The notes beneath the pieces are model-generated. The model was not told the DNA's origin and searched no databases. It saw nothing but the letters and a program-made list of their open reading frames with translations. Both the position numbers and the translations under genes were made by a program. 51,991 nucleotides of DNA from a virus (taxonomy: Duplodnaviria > Caudoviricetes). The stretch is taken from the IMG/VR virus record IMGVR_UViG_3300042340_000122, positions 1 through 51,991 of that record. One strand, written 5' to 3'. Positions 17,726 through 26,541 of this stretch are shown here, piece after piece (positions within the stretch are counted from its first letter, which is position 1; every line of letters begins with the position of its first letter).

Positions 17726-18858
17726 CAGGTGAACACCGTTTCTATTGTGCCGAAGATCGGAGCCGAGGCAAGCGTGCCCACCGGATACACGATCAGGTTC
17801 AGATATGCGTCATCTTTGATTACAGGCAGCGAGCCTGGCGTGTGGGTCAGGAAGTCCTTCTCAGACGGTCCTGTGATGTCATAGATGCCAAGCGTCGCGA
17901 GAGGCTTTACCAGCACCAAGGTAATCAGCCCCACATCGCCAGACAGGAACGTGATGCTCTCGATAGACCGGACGCCAGTGTCGCCGCTCTGAAGCGGGAT
18001 AAACGGTCCCGCGCACCCAGCCGTGGCTTGTGCCGTTGTGATGATTGTTCCGATACTGATCTGCGTGTTGCAGGTGACGGTCCGCGATACCCTGCCCGCC
18101 ACGCCGTCGCTATTCGTGTACGTCACGTTGAAAGAGACGCCGCCCACCTGCGTTGCCACCTCCACCGCCATCATCTGAACACCGTCCCCATCCGCATAGC
18201 GGGAGAGTGTTTCCCCTACTATCATCGGCTGCGCGTCCGTAACGCTCATATCCACGAATGGATAATAGAGCAGGTAATCACAGAGAATGGCCGGCAGAGG
18301 CACGGCAGTTGTCGTCAGGCTGATTGCACTTAACCGATACAGATACTCAACCGAGTTTGGCAGCTCTAGCAGCTTCTGTGTTCCACTGCCAAGGCTACCA
18401 AGCACAACGTCATACGGGATGAAAATCCCCTGCTCTGCGTTAAACTGAGAAGTCGCAATTCGCGAGGTCGTCGCTGAAACGCGGATCGAATAGTAGTCGG
18501 TGTCTACTGCGAGGCCAGTCGGGAGAGATCCCGTCGTACTCAGCCGAAATTTCGTATAGCTTGGGTAATCGCTCGGGGTCGTCATCAATATGCCGGTTGC
18601 GTCTGTACTGCCAAACGTCACCGTGACCGGGCTCGACATTCCCGCATGGAACAGGCCACCGTCTGAAGACTGCGCCAGCCGCTTGGATGTCAGGGGCGTG
18701 GCTGCGTAGTAGTTTGGAACCGGGTTCCCTGGGGACATACTGAGGTCAAACCAGATGCCAGAAGCAGTTGTCTGTGTCGGAACCTTGCGGAACGAAAACA
18801 CACGGTATTTGCCAGCCGTGAATGCGTCGTTGATCTCTCTATGGTTGCGGAAGCCCAT
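17725..18858 (-). CDS. Putative virion structural protein, paralog B
   Basis: RYADGDGVQ, GPFIPLQSGDTGVRSI, KPL motifs. Confidence 0.65.
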   Translation of the reverse strand: MGFRNHREINDAFTAGKYRVFSFRKVPTQTTASGIWFDLSMSPGNPVPNYYAATPLTSKRLAQSSDGGLFHAGMSSPVTVTFGSTDATGILMTTPSDYPSYTKFRLSTTGSLPTGLAVDTDYYSIRVSATTSRIATSQFNAEQGIFIPYDVVLGSLGSGTQKLLELPNSVEYLYRLSAISLTTTAVPLPAILCDYLLYYPFVDMSVTDAQPMIVGETLSRYADGDGVQMMAVEVATQVGGVSFNVTYTNSDGVAGRVSRTVTCNTQISIGTIITTAQATAGCAGPFIPLQSGDTGVRSIESITFLSGDVGLITLVLVKPLATLGIYDITGPSEKDFLTHTPGSLPVIKDDAYLNLIVYPVGTLASAPIFGTIETVFT

Positions 18859-18985
18859 CGGCGGCCTCCTCTTCCTCGTTGACTACCTCTGCCGGGGCAA
18901 CGCAAGCACACGCCTTCCAAGACTGATTATCTTCTACCCGCGTGACAAGCCCGCACTCTGAACAGGTGTAGCGGTAGATGGTCAT
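18839..18985 (-). CDS. 48-aa putative Zn-ribbon protein
   Basis: Translated manually: MTIYRYTCSECGLVTRVEDNQSWKACAC...; fills the gap between flanking genes. Confidence 0.55.
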   Translation of the reverse strand: MTIYRYTCSECGLVTRVEDNQSWKACACVAPAEVVNEEEEAADGLPQP

Positions 18986-18987
18986 AA

Positions 18988-19398
18988 TCAATCTATGGTG
19001 AAGTCAAGTTCGCCGGCAGAGAACTGAGGCTGAATGCCAGAGGATACCGAGAGGGATGCACTCAAAGCACCCGACGCAATGATCTGACCCGTGCCGCTGG
19101 AGGCGGTGCCGATAGCAACGTAAGTAATTGTGCTCGAGCTGCCCGTGCACTGGGGAAACTGGATCAGAGCAGCATTTGTTGCGGTGTTGCTTGATACCGT
19201 AAAACCAGATCCAGAGCGCGAAACTGCGACACGTGCATACGAAGTATACGCCGTCTCGCTGGCTGTCTGATTTCCGCCCTCGCCAGGGTCTGCTGTGTGC
19301 AGCGAGATGTACAGGTCCGTGTTCGAATTCCAGCTAAGCGCCGTACCGTTGAACAGCAGCAGACAGATATCGTTTTCGGTCGTATTGCCTAATGACAT
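18988..19398 (-). CDS. Putative virion structural protein
   Basis: LYISLHTADPGEGG...YTSYARVAV...FPQCTG...PQFSAGEL. Confidence 0.7.
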   Translation of the reverse strand: MSLGNTTENDICLLLFNGTALSWNSNTDLYISLHTADPGEGGNQTASETAYTSYARVAVSRSGSGFTVSSNTATNAALIQFPQCTGSSSTITYVAIGTASSGTGQIIASGALSASLSVSSGIQPQFSAGELDFTID

Positions 19399-19403
19399 GG
19401 AAA

Positions 19404-21956
19404 CTAACCCTTTATCCTTGCACCCGACATGACGCCGTTCTGGTCACGCACGAATGTCACTTCTCGTTCCTGTGGGGGCTTTGGCTCTTCAGGCTTGGGA
19501 GTGTCCTTGAGACCAAGCAGTTCATCCGGATCAATTGACCCCTTGATAGCTTCTTGAACCCCACCCATTGCATCCGCCCGGCGCTTTAGCTCGGCCAGCG
19601 CCAAATCCATCTTTTGGATTTCAAACTGGGCCTTTTTGTACTCAGCCTTGAACTTTGCCCGTTCAGAGATAACCCGTGCCGGCTCATTCGGATCTTCCGG
19701 TTCAGCCGGACCTTGGTCCTGAACCTTTGGCTGGTTAGCCTGCGTGAGTTGCATTTCCTTGAGACGGATCGAAGCCTCGAGTTCCCGCATCTTCAGGTCG
19801 TTTTCCTTGCGGCGGAATTCGATCTCTTCCGTGAGCTTCATCATTTCGCGCTGAAACTTTTGGTTGGCCTCAGTGGCGCGCGCCTGCATGTCTGCAATCT
19901 TCAGATCAGCCTGGGACTTGGCATAAGCCGCATCTGCCTGAGCCTTCTGGATCTCGGCCTGCGTCTTCTGCGTCAGAGCCTCAGCTTCCGCACTCAGTTT
20001 CTGAGCCTCGGCCTGCGCCTTCGGATCTGGAGGCGGTTCCTGCTGAGGGGCTTCCTGAGCCTGCTTCTGCATGCTTTCGGCCAGAGCAATCGTTTCTTCG
20101 ATAGCGCCTTCAAGCGTCCTACCCGCCCTGAACCCACGAATGCCAAACTCGAGCATCTTCATGAGAAGGGGAACCAACTGAGGGGCCATCTGCCCGACCT
20201 GAGCGGACTTCTCGAGGAAGGGAGATACCGCAGTCAGGAACTCAACCCGCGATTCCTTTTCCTTTTGCTGGTCAGGGGCAACGGTTGCATCGGTTTCGAT
20301 ATCAATGCGGAACGTGCGGAGCTTGTCAGACTTGAGAAGCTTCACAGCCTCCATGAACTTCTGCTCGCGGGCCTGTGTCTTGGCCTGATGATCCTGCATG
20401 GACTGAGGGTCTTGGGGATTTGGCGGAGGTACTCTGAATTCCTCCATCTCCCCAACCCCGGACATTTCAATCAACGCTTCCGGCGCGTAATGCTCAGCCT
20501 GAATTTCAGCCATGATCTTCATGGTATCGCGTGCAAATCGTGCCATTTCGGCCTGCCTGTCAGTAAGACGCAGGTTACCGAAGTTAGCCTTGATCTGTTG
20601 AGCCGTAGCAGTCTCACTCGGAGCGCTTGACCCACGGATAATGTCCGAGATCCCCGTGACTTCATATAGGTCCTGCTTCAACTGCGCTCGGGCATTGAAC
20701 AGACCAGTAAGCACGTTCTGGATCTGCTCGATGGGGAGCCAATCAATATTGGTCTTCAAGCCACCAGACTGAGCAAACGCCATCCAGTTCTCGACCGGAA
20801 GCATCTCATTCTCGTCAGTCTCGGACAGAAGGCGCGAGAGGTCAGCGCTCTCTGCATTATACATCCCCACAACACGCAAGGCCTTGATAAGAAGGCGAAT
20901 GCGGTCTGTGATCGTGTCAATCTGCTGCGCCTGGTCTTGATACAAGGCGTAGTCAGGGACGGGAATGAGACTGTCGGTCGTGGTAGTTCCGAAAAGGGGC
21001 CTAGGAAACGGGAAGAAGTTGGAGAGCCTCAGCGGGTCCTTCAGCTTCTTGACCGGGGCTTGCTCGTACCCGTCAGTAACCCAGATCACCTCACGACGCG
21101 ACTTATCCCAGATCTCCCAGACCTCGGCGCAATCGGCTTTCTTCTTGGTATCAGAGGACGTTTCGTCCGCTTCCTTGCCGTTGAACGTCTTGTTCAACTT
21201 GACCTTGCGCCCGATCTCGTCGCCGAACGCTTTGATAAGCTGTGGCCGACGCATCAGAACGCGCTTTGCGCCCCACGTCACCTTGCTCCAGTCGTTCACC
21301 GGCTCGTGGAGGAAGTCGTTCCATACCACGTGGTCAAGAGCTAACCCGTAGGCGAGGATCTGCTCTTCCGGGTCTGTCTCAAAGTACAGGCCCTCTTCGT
21401 CTTCCTTGACCTTATCGGGGGGAATTTCATCTCCGCCCTTCAGAGGTCTAAATACAGACTGGCCCGTTCCCTCAAGATCAATACGCGACACGGGCTCCCG
21501 CATCGGAGCCATGCCAATCTCGGGCGAGAACCGCACCCAATCAATGCCACGCGCGCAGAGGAGATAGTCATCCCTCACCCGCTTCATCACGTAGTCGAAG
21601 TCGCAGAGTTCCTGAGCCGTCTGAAGGTTACGCTCGAGGATCATTGCCGCCGTGCGGCTGGTCTCGTCGCGATCCAGAAACCTTCTTGAGACGTTCGGCC
21701 TCGGGGTCTGGGAGTAAATAGCGGGTTGGAGAGTTTGGATGTTGGACCAAAGAATATTGAGCTTATGGCTCTGCTTGGCCTCGTCAAACGCTTCCGTGCG
21801 CTTGCGGTCGTCCTTGTAGACCTTCAGGATCTTCTTGCAGCGATCCGCGTATTCCTTGAATACTTTCTTGGCGGCGTCAATTTCATCCATCCAGCGCCTG
21901 TAGGTGGCTGCTTCTTCTTCAGCCTGGCGATTGGACGTCTTGTTGCTCTGCATCAA
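19404..21956 (-). CDS. Portal protein with long C-terminal coiled-coil barrel
   Basis: 850 aa downstream of terL; NILWSN, FPFPRP, YEVTGISDIIRG, ETATAQQIK, FRIDIETD. Confidence 0.85.
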   Translation of the reverse strand: MMQSNKTSNRQAEEEAATYRRWMDEIDAAKKVFKEYADRCKKILKVYKDDRKRTEAFDEAKQSHKLNILWSNIQTLQPAIYSQTPRPNVSRRFLDRDETSRTAAMILERNLQTAQELCDFDYVMKRVRDDYLLCARGIDWVRFSPEIGMAPMREPVSRIDLEGTGQSVFRPLKGGDEIPPDKVKEDEEGLYFETDPEEQILAYGLALDHVVWNDFLHEPVNDWSKVTWGAKRVLMRRPQLIKAFGDEIGRKVKLNKTFNGKEADETSSDTKKKADCAEVWEIWDKSRREVIWVTDGYEQAPVKKLKDPLRLSNFFPFPRPLFGTTTTDSLIPVPDYALYQDQAQQIDTITDRIRLLIKALRVVGMYNAESADLSRLLSETDENEMLPVENWMAFAQSGGLKTNIDWLPIEQIQNVLTGLFNARAQLKQDLYEVTGISDIIRGSSAPSETATAQQIKANFGNLRLTDRQAEMARFARDTMKIMAEIQAEHYAPEALIEMSGVGEMEEFRVPPPNPQDPQSMQDHQAKTQAREQKFMEAVKLLKSDKLRTFRIDIETDATVAPDQQKEKESRVEFLTAVSPFLEKSAQVGQMAPQLVPLLMKMLEFGIRGFRAGRTLEGAIEETIALAESMQKQAQEAPQQEPPPDPKAQAEAQKLSAEAEALTQKTQAEIQKAQADAAYAKSQADLKIADMQARATEANQKFQREMMKLTEEIEFRRKENDLKMRELEASIRLKEMQLTQANQPKVQDQGPAEPEDPNEPARVISERAKFKAEYKKAQFEIQKMDLALAELKRRADAMGGVQEAIKGSIDPDELLGLKDTPKPEEPKPPQEREVTFVRDQNGVMSGARIKG

Positions 21957-22435
21957 AAGGTAATCAACTCGATAATGTAACTTTCCAGCGTTGCCGTCTC
22001 GCCCGCGCTAGCCAGTTGAGCCGTGAGCGTCAGTGTGGTTGAAACGCCGGTATTTATCGCTCCGGATGTTATTGCAGATCCGGTGTTATTTGCACCAGCC
22101 GCCGCAGCGGGCCATGACTTCTGGACGCTCTGAGAGTTTACGTTGCGTATCTCTCTTGTATCTTTGAATACGGCAGATGACGATTGAACAACGGCCATAA
22201 AATCCGTTCCGCCAAGATCAATCCGAAACGTCTTGTTGTTCCCGCTATTGGTGTAAGACCAAAGCGTCGAAACACGCAGGCTGTCGTTCAATCCTAAAGG
22301 TGGAATGGTGATTGTCGCGAGTGTTGTCTCGTTTGTCGTGCCGGTGATGCTGGCAGACACCGCAGACGATGCAAGAACCCTAACGGTTGTTTCGTAAGGC
22401 CCGCGCCCGCTGGCAATCGTGGTTACGTTTGTCAT
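21953..22435 (-). CDS. Hypothetical beta-rich virion protein
   Basis: Thr/Ser-rich, 160 aa; GAGGGG SD; ATGA overlap with the portal start. Confidence 0.6.
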   Translation of the reverse strand: MTNVTTIASGRGPYETTVRVLASSAVSASITGTTNETTLATITIPPLGLNDSLRVSTLWSYTNSGNNKTFRIDLGGTDFMAVVQSSSAVFKDTREIRNVNSQSVQKSWPAAAAGANNTGSAITSGAINTGVSTTLTLTAQLASAGETATLESYIIELITF

Positions 22436-22452
22436 TCAGACCCCTCAATTCT

Positions 22453-22687
22453 CATTCAGTTGCGACGGCTAATAGCCAATCGCTTTGTTAAACAGCCCTG
22501 AGTGACTTGGCAGCGCATTCCCTGAGGAACAACATGGGGCCCCACATGGCCTCAGGCGATGACGTTTCTGGTGTGTCACTAACCATTGATTGGCGCGGGC
22601 TTTACGCCGAGCCAAAGAAAGTGCCCCACGTCCTAGGTGGGGTTTACACTCTCTAACAAGTGCAACAGGGCATTCAGTTGCGACGGC
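22453..22687 (-). ncRNA. Candidate structured non-coding RNA flanked by 17-bp direct repeats
   Basis: CATTCAGTTGCGACGGC at 22453-22469 and 22671-22687; six or more nested stems between them. Confidence 0.45.
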
Positions 22688-22806
22688 GGCTGTCAGGAAA
22701 TCAGGGAAAAACCCATGGTGGAGTGTGTTCCTGCGCTCCACGCCGCCGCAATTCCGTCAAATTTGTTGTATCGTCTTCTTCCCCACCTACCGAGGAGGAC
22801 AGACCA

Positions 22807-22995
22807 ATGAAGAAACTTGTTCTTGTAGCTATAGCAGCCAGCGCCATCACATCGCCCGCATGGGCGGGGACTGCGTTCCTGGTGCGCGAGTACGTCACGA
22901 ACCAGACCAAGACCTGCATCTATGAGTTCTTGGGCAACGAATACGCCCGGACCATCAAGGCTTATCAGATGTGCCCGTATTCGATTAAGGTCTAG
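22807..22995 (+). CDS. Small secreted protein, antisense moron
   Basis: GAGGAGG SD; signal peptide MKKLVLVAIAASAITSPAWA; two Cys in the mature part. Confidence 0.75.
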   Translation: MKKLVLVAIAASAITSPAWAGTAFLVREYVTNQTKTCIYEFLGNEYARTIKAYQMCPYSIKV

Positions 22996-24443
22996 ATGCG
23001 CCCGCCTGTCTTGGGTTGTTTAGCCCAAAGCTGGTTGATGCTCATTGATTCAATGCCCCGTAGCGGAACATCGGTCTTCGGTACGGGCTTCGTCCACGGT
23101 CTGGATGCACACGCATAACGTGTTTCGTCTACCGCGTGGTCTTCGCTCTTTGTATCCAGATCTTCCACCCTCGCCGCGTCATGCTGAACAAGCGGCAGCG
23201 TGCGTATCGTATCCCGGCACGTATCGAAGAATATCAGCATGGGCCTATCTGGAGCTTCACCATCAAGGCGGTGACGAACCAGATCCCAGCCAGCAATGTG
23301 GCCAAGAGATCCAACGCGCTTGTTGTCAGCTGGTCTGAACGTGATCTCATAGGGCTTGTACCTGAGGCGCTCGGCTATTGAGGGCCCACCATCCTGAGCA
23401 AATGCGGCAGGGTCTAACACCCCGTAATCAATCCTCGGGTCTAGTGCCTCACGCTCATGTATTCCTCGAGCAACGTCCTGTGCTGTAAGTTTAAGACCGA
23501 CGTTTGGACTGCTTGCACCATACCATTCTCGATACTTAACAAGTCCACCACGAGGCAACGTCCTTCCGTCACCGAGAGGATAGTCGTCTGAAGCAACAGC
23601 GTACCATCCGACACTGAAAGGCGCGGCTGATCCCCAATCCATAGACCTAAATCGAGTCCAGAGCTTGGGCACTTCGAATGGTCGGACAATGTGCCTCGCT
23701 GTGCTGAAGTTGTCGAAGAACGCTCCCTCGATAACCGCCCAGTCACCCTCTAACCAGGCGCGGACCAGCTCCTTGGAACCGGATAACTTCAACCTCTCTA
23801 CGTACTCGGGGTCATTAGTGATTAGGGCTGTATTATCAGTCACCCGGGCGGGGATAAACATCCGCTCCTTGCGCCCCGCTTCGTCTTCAAGCGGGACCAT
23901 GCCCTGTGGGGCTGGGTCAATGTATCGGTGCTTTACCCAATGATGCCCCGGACCTCCCGGGTTGGCCGTGGCTCTAAACCCAACCGGAACGCCCGCCGCA
24001 CTGCGCAGCGTGGCTTTCATCTTGTCGGGAGCCTTTGGTGTCGGCCAGTTGGTCAGCTCTTCGAGATATACCCGGGAAAAGAACTGCCCCTGGTACTTCT
24101 CGGCGTCTCGGTCGTCTTCCAACGGACGAAACCTGAGGATCGCACCCTGCGGGCTTGTCCACTGCCGCTCCATCTTGTGGAACGACCAGCCCATGGGGCC
24201 GTAAATCTGATGGCTTCGGTCTATTAGACTGTCAGCCTGTGGCATTTCGCGTCTGACGAACACACCGCGCGCGTTGTTACCGTATTTCTTGGCGTGAAGG
24301 GCGAACTCGCCCAAGCACGCATCCGTCTTGCCACCACCTCGAGCGCCGCCTAGCAGGATGTCAAAGAAGCATTCGCTCTTGACGAACGCTACCTGCGGGC
24401 CTTCCTGCGGTCGCCAGACATACTCACTCTCCTGGCTTTGCAT
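22992..24443 (-). CDS. terL: Terminase large subunit
   Basis: Walker A GGARGGGKT, Walker B YLEE, ATANPGG, nuclease motifs MDWG, DPA and EDHAVDETRY. Confidence 0.95.
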   Translation of the reverse strand: MQSQESEYVWRPQEGPQVAFVKSECFFDILLGGARGGGKTDACLGEFALHAKKYGNNARGVFVRREMPQADSLIDRSHQIYGPMGWSFHKMERQWTSPQGAILRFRPLEDDRDAEKYQGQFFSRVYLEELTNWPTPKAPDKMKATLRSAAGVPVGFRATANPGGPGHHWVKHRYIDPAPQGMVPLEDEAGRKERMFIPARVTDNTALITNDPEYVERLKLSGSKELVRAWLEGDWAVIEGAFFDNFSTARHIVRPFEVPKLWTRFRSMDWGSAAPFSVGWYAVASDDYPLGDGRTLPRGGLVKYREWYGASSPNVGLKLTAQDVARGIHEREALDPRIDYGVLDPAAFAQDGGPSIAERLRYKPYEITFRPADNKRVGSLGHIAGWDLVRHRLDGEAPDRPMLIFFDTCRDTIRTLPLVQHDAARVEDLDTKSEDHAVDETRYACASRPWTKPVPKTDVPLRGIESMSINQLWAKQPKTGGRI

Positions 24444-24885
24444 TGCCGAACTGGCTCATCCAGCGGGCCTGTCTTTCCTCTCTCGTGAGAGGCTCGTCCG
24501 TTACCGTCTTGAATGTGGCCGTCTGGTTTACGTTAATCTGGTCGCCGTACTTGCGGGGAGCGCGTCGCGCTGCGACCCACTTGTGAATGTCTGCCATCAC
24601 TCGGGCGCGATCCGCACTCAACACTTCGTTGCGAACATCTTCGCCAATATCGCTCAGGTAATCTGCCGAATAGTCGCCCTGATACTCACGGGCCTTACAA
24701 TACTTGTCTCGGAACTCGTCGTTGTTCAGTATCCAGCGATAGATGGTCGCGCGCTTTGGCATTCCCTCTAACGTCACGATTTTATTGAGGGATTTCCCAT
24801 CCATCAGCAATTCGCAAATCTCGTCTGCGAGTTCTGGCGTGTAATCGGTGGGACGCCCGCCGGGGCCCTTTGCTTCTCCTGTCAT
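24424..24885 (-). CDS. terS: Terminase small subunit
   Basis: GRPTDYTPELADEICELL..GKSL HTH, KWVAARRAPRKYGD; directly upstream of terL. Confidence 0.88.
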   Translation of the reverse strand: MTGEAKGPGGRPTDYTPELADEICELLMDGKSLNKIVTLEGMPKRATIYRWILNNDEFRDKYCKAREYQGDYSADYLSDIGEDVRNEVLSADRARVMADIHKWVAARRAPRKYGDQINVNQTATFKTVTDEPLTREERQARWMSQFGNAKPGE

Positions 24886-24962
24886 CTGTCCTTCGCTCCA
24901 CGGGCTTGCACGCTGGGGTGTGCACATGGGTTGGTTAGTGGGTTATGTGATTGGCGGGCTGG

Positions 24963-25001
24963 TCAGCAGCCGCGACCCTTTTTCTTCTTCGATTTAGCCA
25001 T
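24963..25001 (-). CDS. 12-aa basic micro-ORF MAKSKKKKGRGC
   Basis: AAGGA SD upstream; first ORF after the late-leader terminator. Confidence 0.4.
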   Translation of the reverse strand: MAKSKKKKGRGC

Positions 25002-25024
25002 TGGGGTTTTGTTCCTTGAACACG

Positions 25025-25053
25025 AAAAAGACCCCGATCTTTCAACCGGGGCC
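25025..25053 (-). terminator. Intrinsic terminator in the late-operon leader
   Basis: GGCCCCGGT-TGAAAG-ATCGGGGTC followed by TTTTT on the minus strand. Confidence 0.75.
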
Positions 25054-25372
25054 GACAAGTTTCGTTAGGGAGGAAACGCCTAGTTGATACAGACTAGACC
25101 AAGCGCAAATCGAATTGAGACGCAAATCGAGCGCTACCAAAAAAATACCATAGAGGATTTTAACCACGCAACAGGTCAATGGTTAAACGGAATATTCTCC
25201 CTATCGTATCAGTTCATTGTGCAGGACGACCATCACCTCCATCATGCCAAGAATGAACAGGAAGGACCCGACTGCCCAAATGAGCAAACGGGGCCAGGTT
25301 AGGCCGTGATACCTGACGAATATCCACGTCAGCATCAGGATGGCAGTCCCTATGAACATCTTGCTCATGTTG

Positions 25373-25606
25373 CTAATCCGGAGGGTCCGGCAGTGGCATC
25401 CAGTAGGTCGGATTTCTTGCCCTGCATGGGCCATAATGGGCAAACCACTGCCCGCCGGGTGCCCTGAAGTCGTCTTTGCTATACGGACACCACCTAACGG
25501 CCATGACCGTAAAACCTACGGGCTTGGATGCATAAGCTTCATCCACGTCGAACACTAAAATCACTGAGCCATCCCTTGGCGCTGTGTCTATTGGTTGCCA
25601 TTTCAT
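25373..25606 (-). CDS. DUF551-like protein
   Basis: MKWQPIDTAPRDGS...PTYWMPLPDPP. Confidence 0.75.
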   Translation of the reverse strand: MKWQPIDTAPRDGSVILVFDVDEAYASKPVGFTVMAVRWCPYSKDDFRAPGGQWFAHYGPCRARNPTYWMPLPDPPD

Positions 25607-26127
25607 CTTGTTAACCCGTAATGCTTTGCTAGCGCCTCGGTGCATTTGTAAAGCAGGATCATCCCGTCATTGGGAGACCCATACCCCTCTAGCATGAAGT
25701 ATTTGCCGGCTGGTTTCATATCGACGGCAACAGCATCAATCAGCTTCACCGCATACCGTCCCGTTTCACTCAGGAACTTGATCGCATGGGCACGTCTGGA
25801 TTGAGCCGCCAGGCGCATGTCGCTGATTTCTGACTGACCACCCGTGACCTGCTGGGCGTAGGAACCTATGCAGGCCGGCATGATACCCGACAGATACGCA
25901 TCGCTCTGCCATTTGCGGAGAGCGTCCGCTTGGGTGCGCGAGAGGTATGATCTCTTCACGTACCATTCGATATTGTCTTCAATGCGGATGCGCTTTGTGG
26001 ACCTGTCTTGCGGGTCCGGTTGCTCAACGACGAAGAACGCTTGCCGCCTTGCTTCTGGCGTGCCGTAATCGTTCTCTTGGGCTTCAGTGATTTCACCTTC
26101 GCCTTCCCGCTTTTTTCTTCCAGCCAC
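25603..26127 (-). CDS. Putative late transcriptional regulator (position of lambdoid Q)
   Basis: 174 aa ending LAKHYGL; close upstream of the late leader and terS. Confidence 0.45.
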   Translation of the reverse strand: MAGRKKREGEGEITEAQENDYGTPEARRQAFFVVEQPDPQDRSTKRIRIEDNIEWYVKRSYLSRTQADALRKWQSDAYLSGIMPACIGSYAQQVTGGQSEISDMRLAAQSRRAHAIKFLSETGRYAVKLIDAVAVDMKPAGKYFMLEGYGSPNDGMILLYKCTEALAKHYGLTR

Positions 26128-26288
26128 TTGCTCAACTCCTTGGCAGCAACAACAGCACCCGCTTCAGCCTTGGCTTTGGACGTGTAGCCCTCGGCGGAGT
26201 CGGCAACGACTTCCTGATTTTTGGCAAAGGCAGTCCAGTACCAAGACCGCCCCTTGCCCGACTTCCAGATCTCAATTGGCATTTTCAC
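25956..26288 (-). CDS. DUF1508/YegP-like protein
   Basis: WYWTAFAKNQEVVADSAEGYTSKAKAE. Confidence 0.6.
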   Translation of the reverse strand: MKMPIEIWKSGKGRSWYWTAFAKNQEVVADSAEGYTSKAKAEAGAVVAAKELSKWLEEKSGKAKVKSLKPKRTITARQKQGGKRSSSLSNRTRKTGPQSASALKTISNGT

Positions 26289-26514
26289 CTGCCGTTTCTG
26301 TGTTTTCAGAATGGCTCATAAATCCATTTAGAGACTCACTGGCGGGCGTTTTGGTGCTGACCCTTCCGTGGGTAGCCTTACGCACCTTTCTGGCCTGTAC
26401 GGGCTTCTGTGAGTCAATGCGGGCCGTTTGAAGTGTGGCATGGATATCTGCCGCCTTCTGGAACGGCGTCCTAATGTGATCCTGAACGATGGCGAGAATT
26501 TCTTCGTAGGTCAT
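26272..26514 (-). CDS. Hypothetical protein
   Basis: GGAG SD; operon packing. Confidence 0.5.
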   Translation of the reverse strand: MTYEEILAIVQDHIRTPFQKAADIHATLQTARIDSQKPVQARKVRKATHGRVSTKTPASESLNGFMSHSENTETAGENAN

Positions 26515-26541
26515 GGGTAGTCTCCTTGGGGGTTGGGCCGG

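Noticed and set aside
19614-20630. Long plus-strand ORFs opposite virion genes (e.g. 19614-20630, 5073-5930, 3087-3839, 8349-8966)
   Set aside because: Antisense shadows of well-supported minus-strand genes in GC-rich DNA; no recognisable motifs
22469-22741. 90-aa minus-strand ORF across the structured element
   Set aside because: No recognisable motif; the dense base-pairing better explains the region
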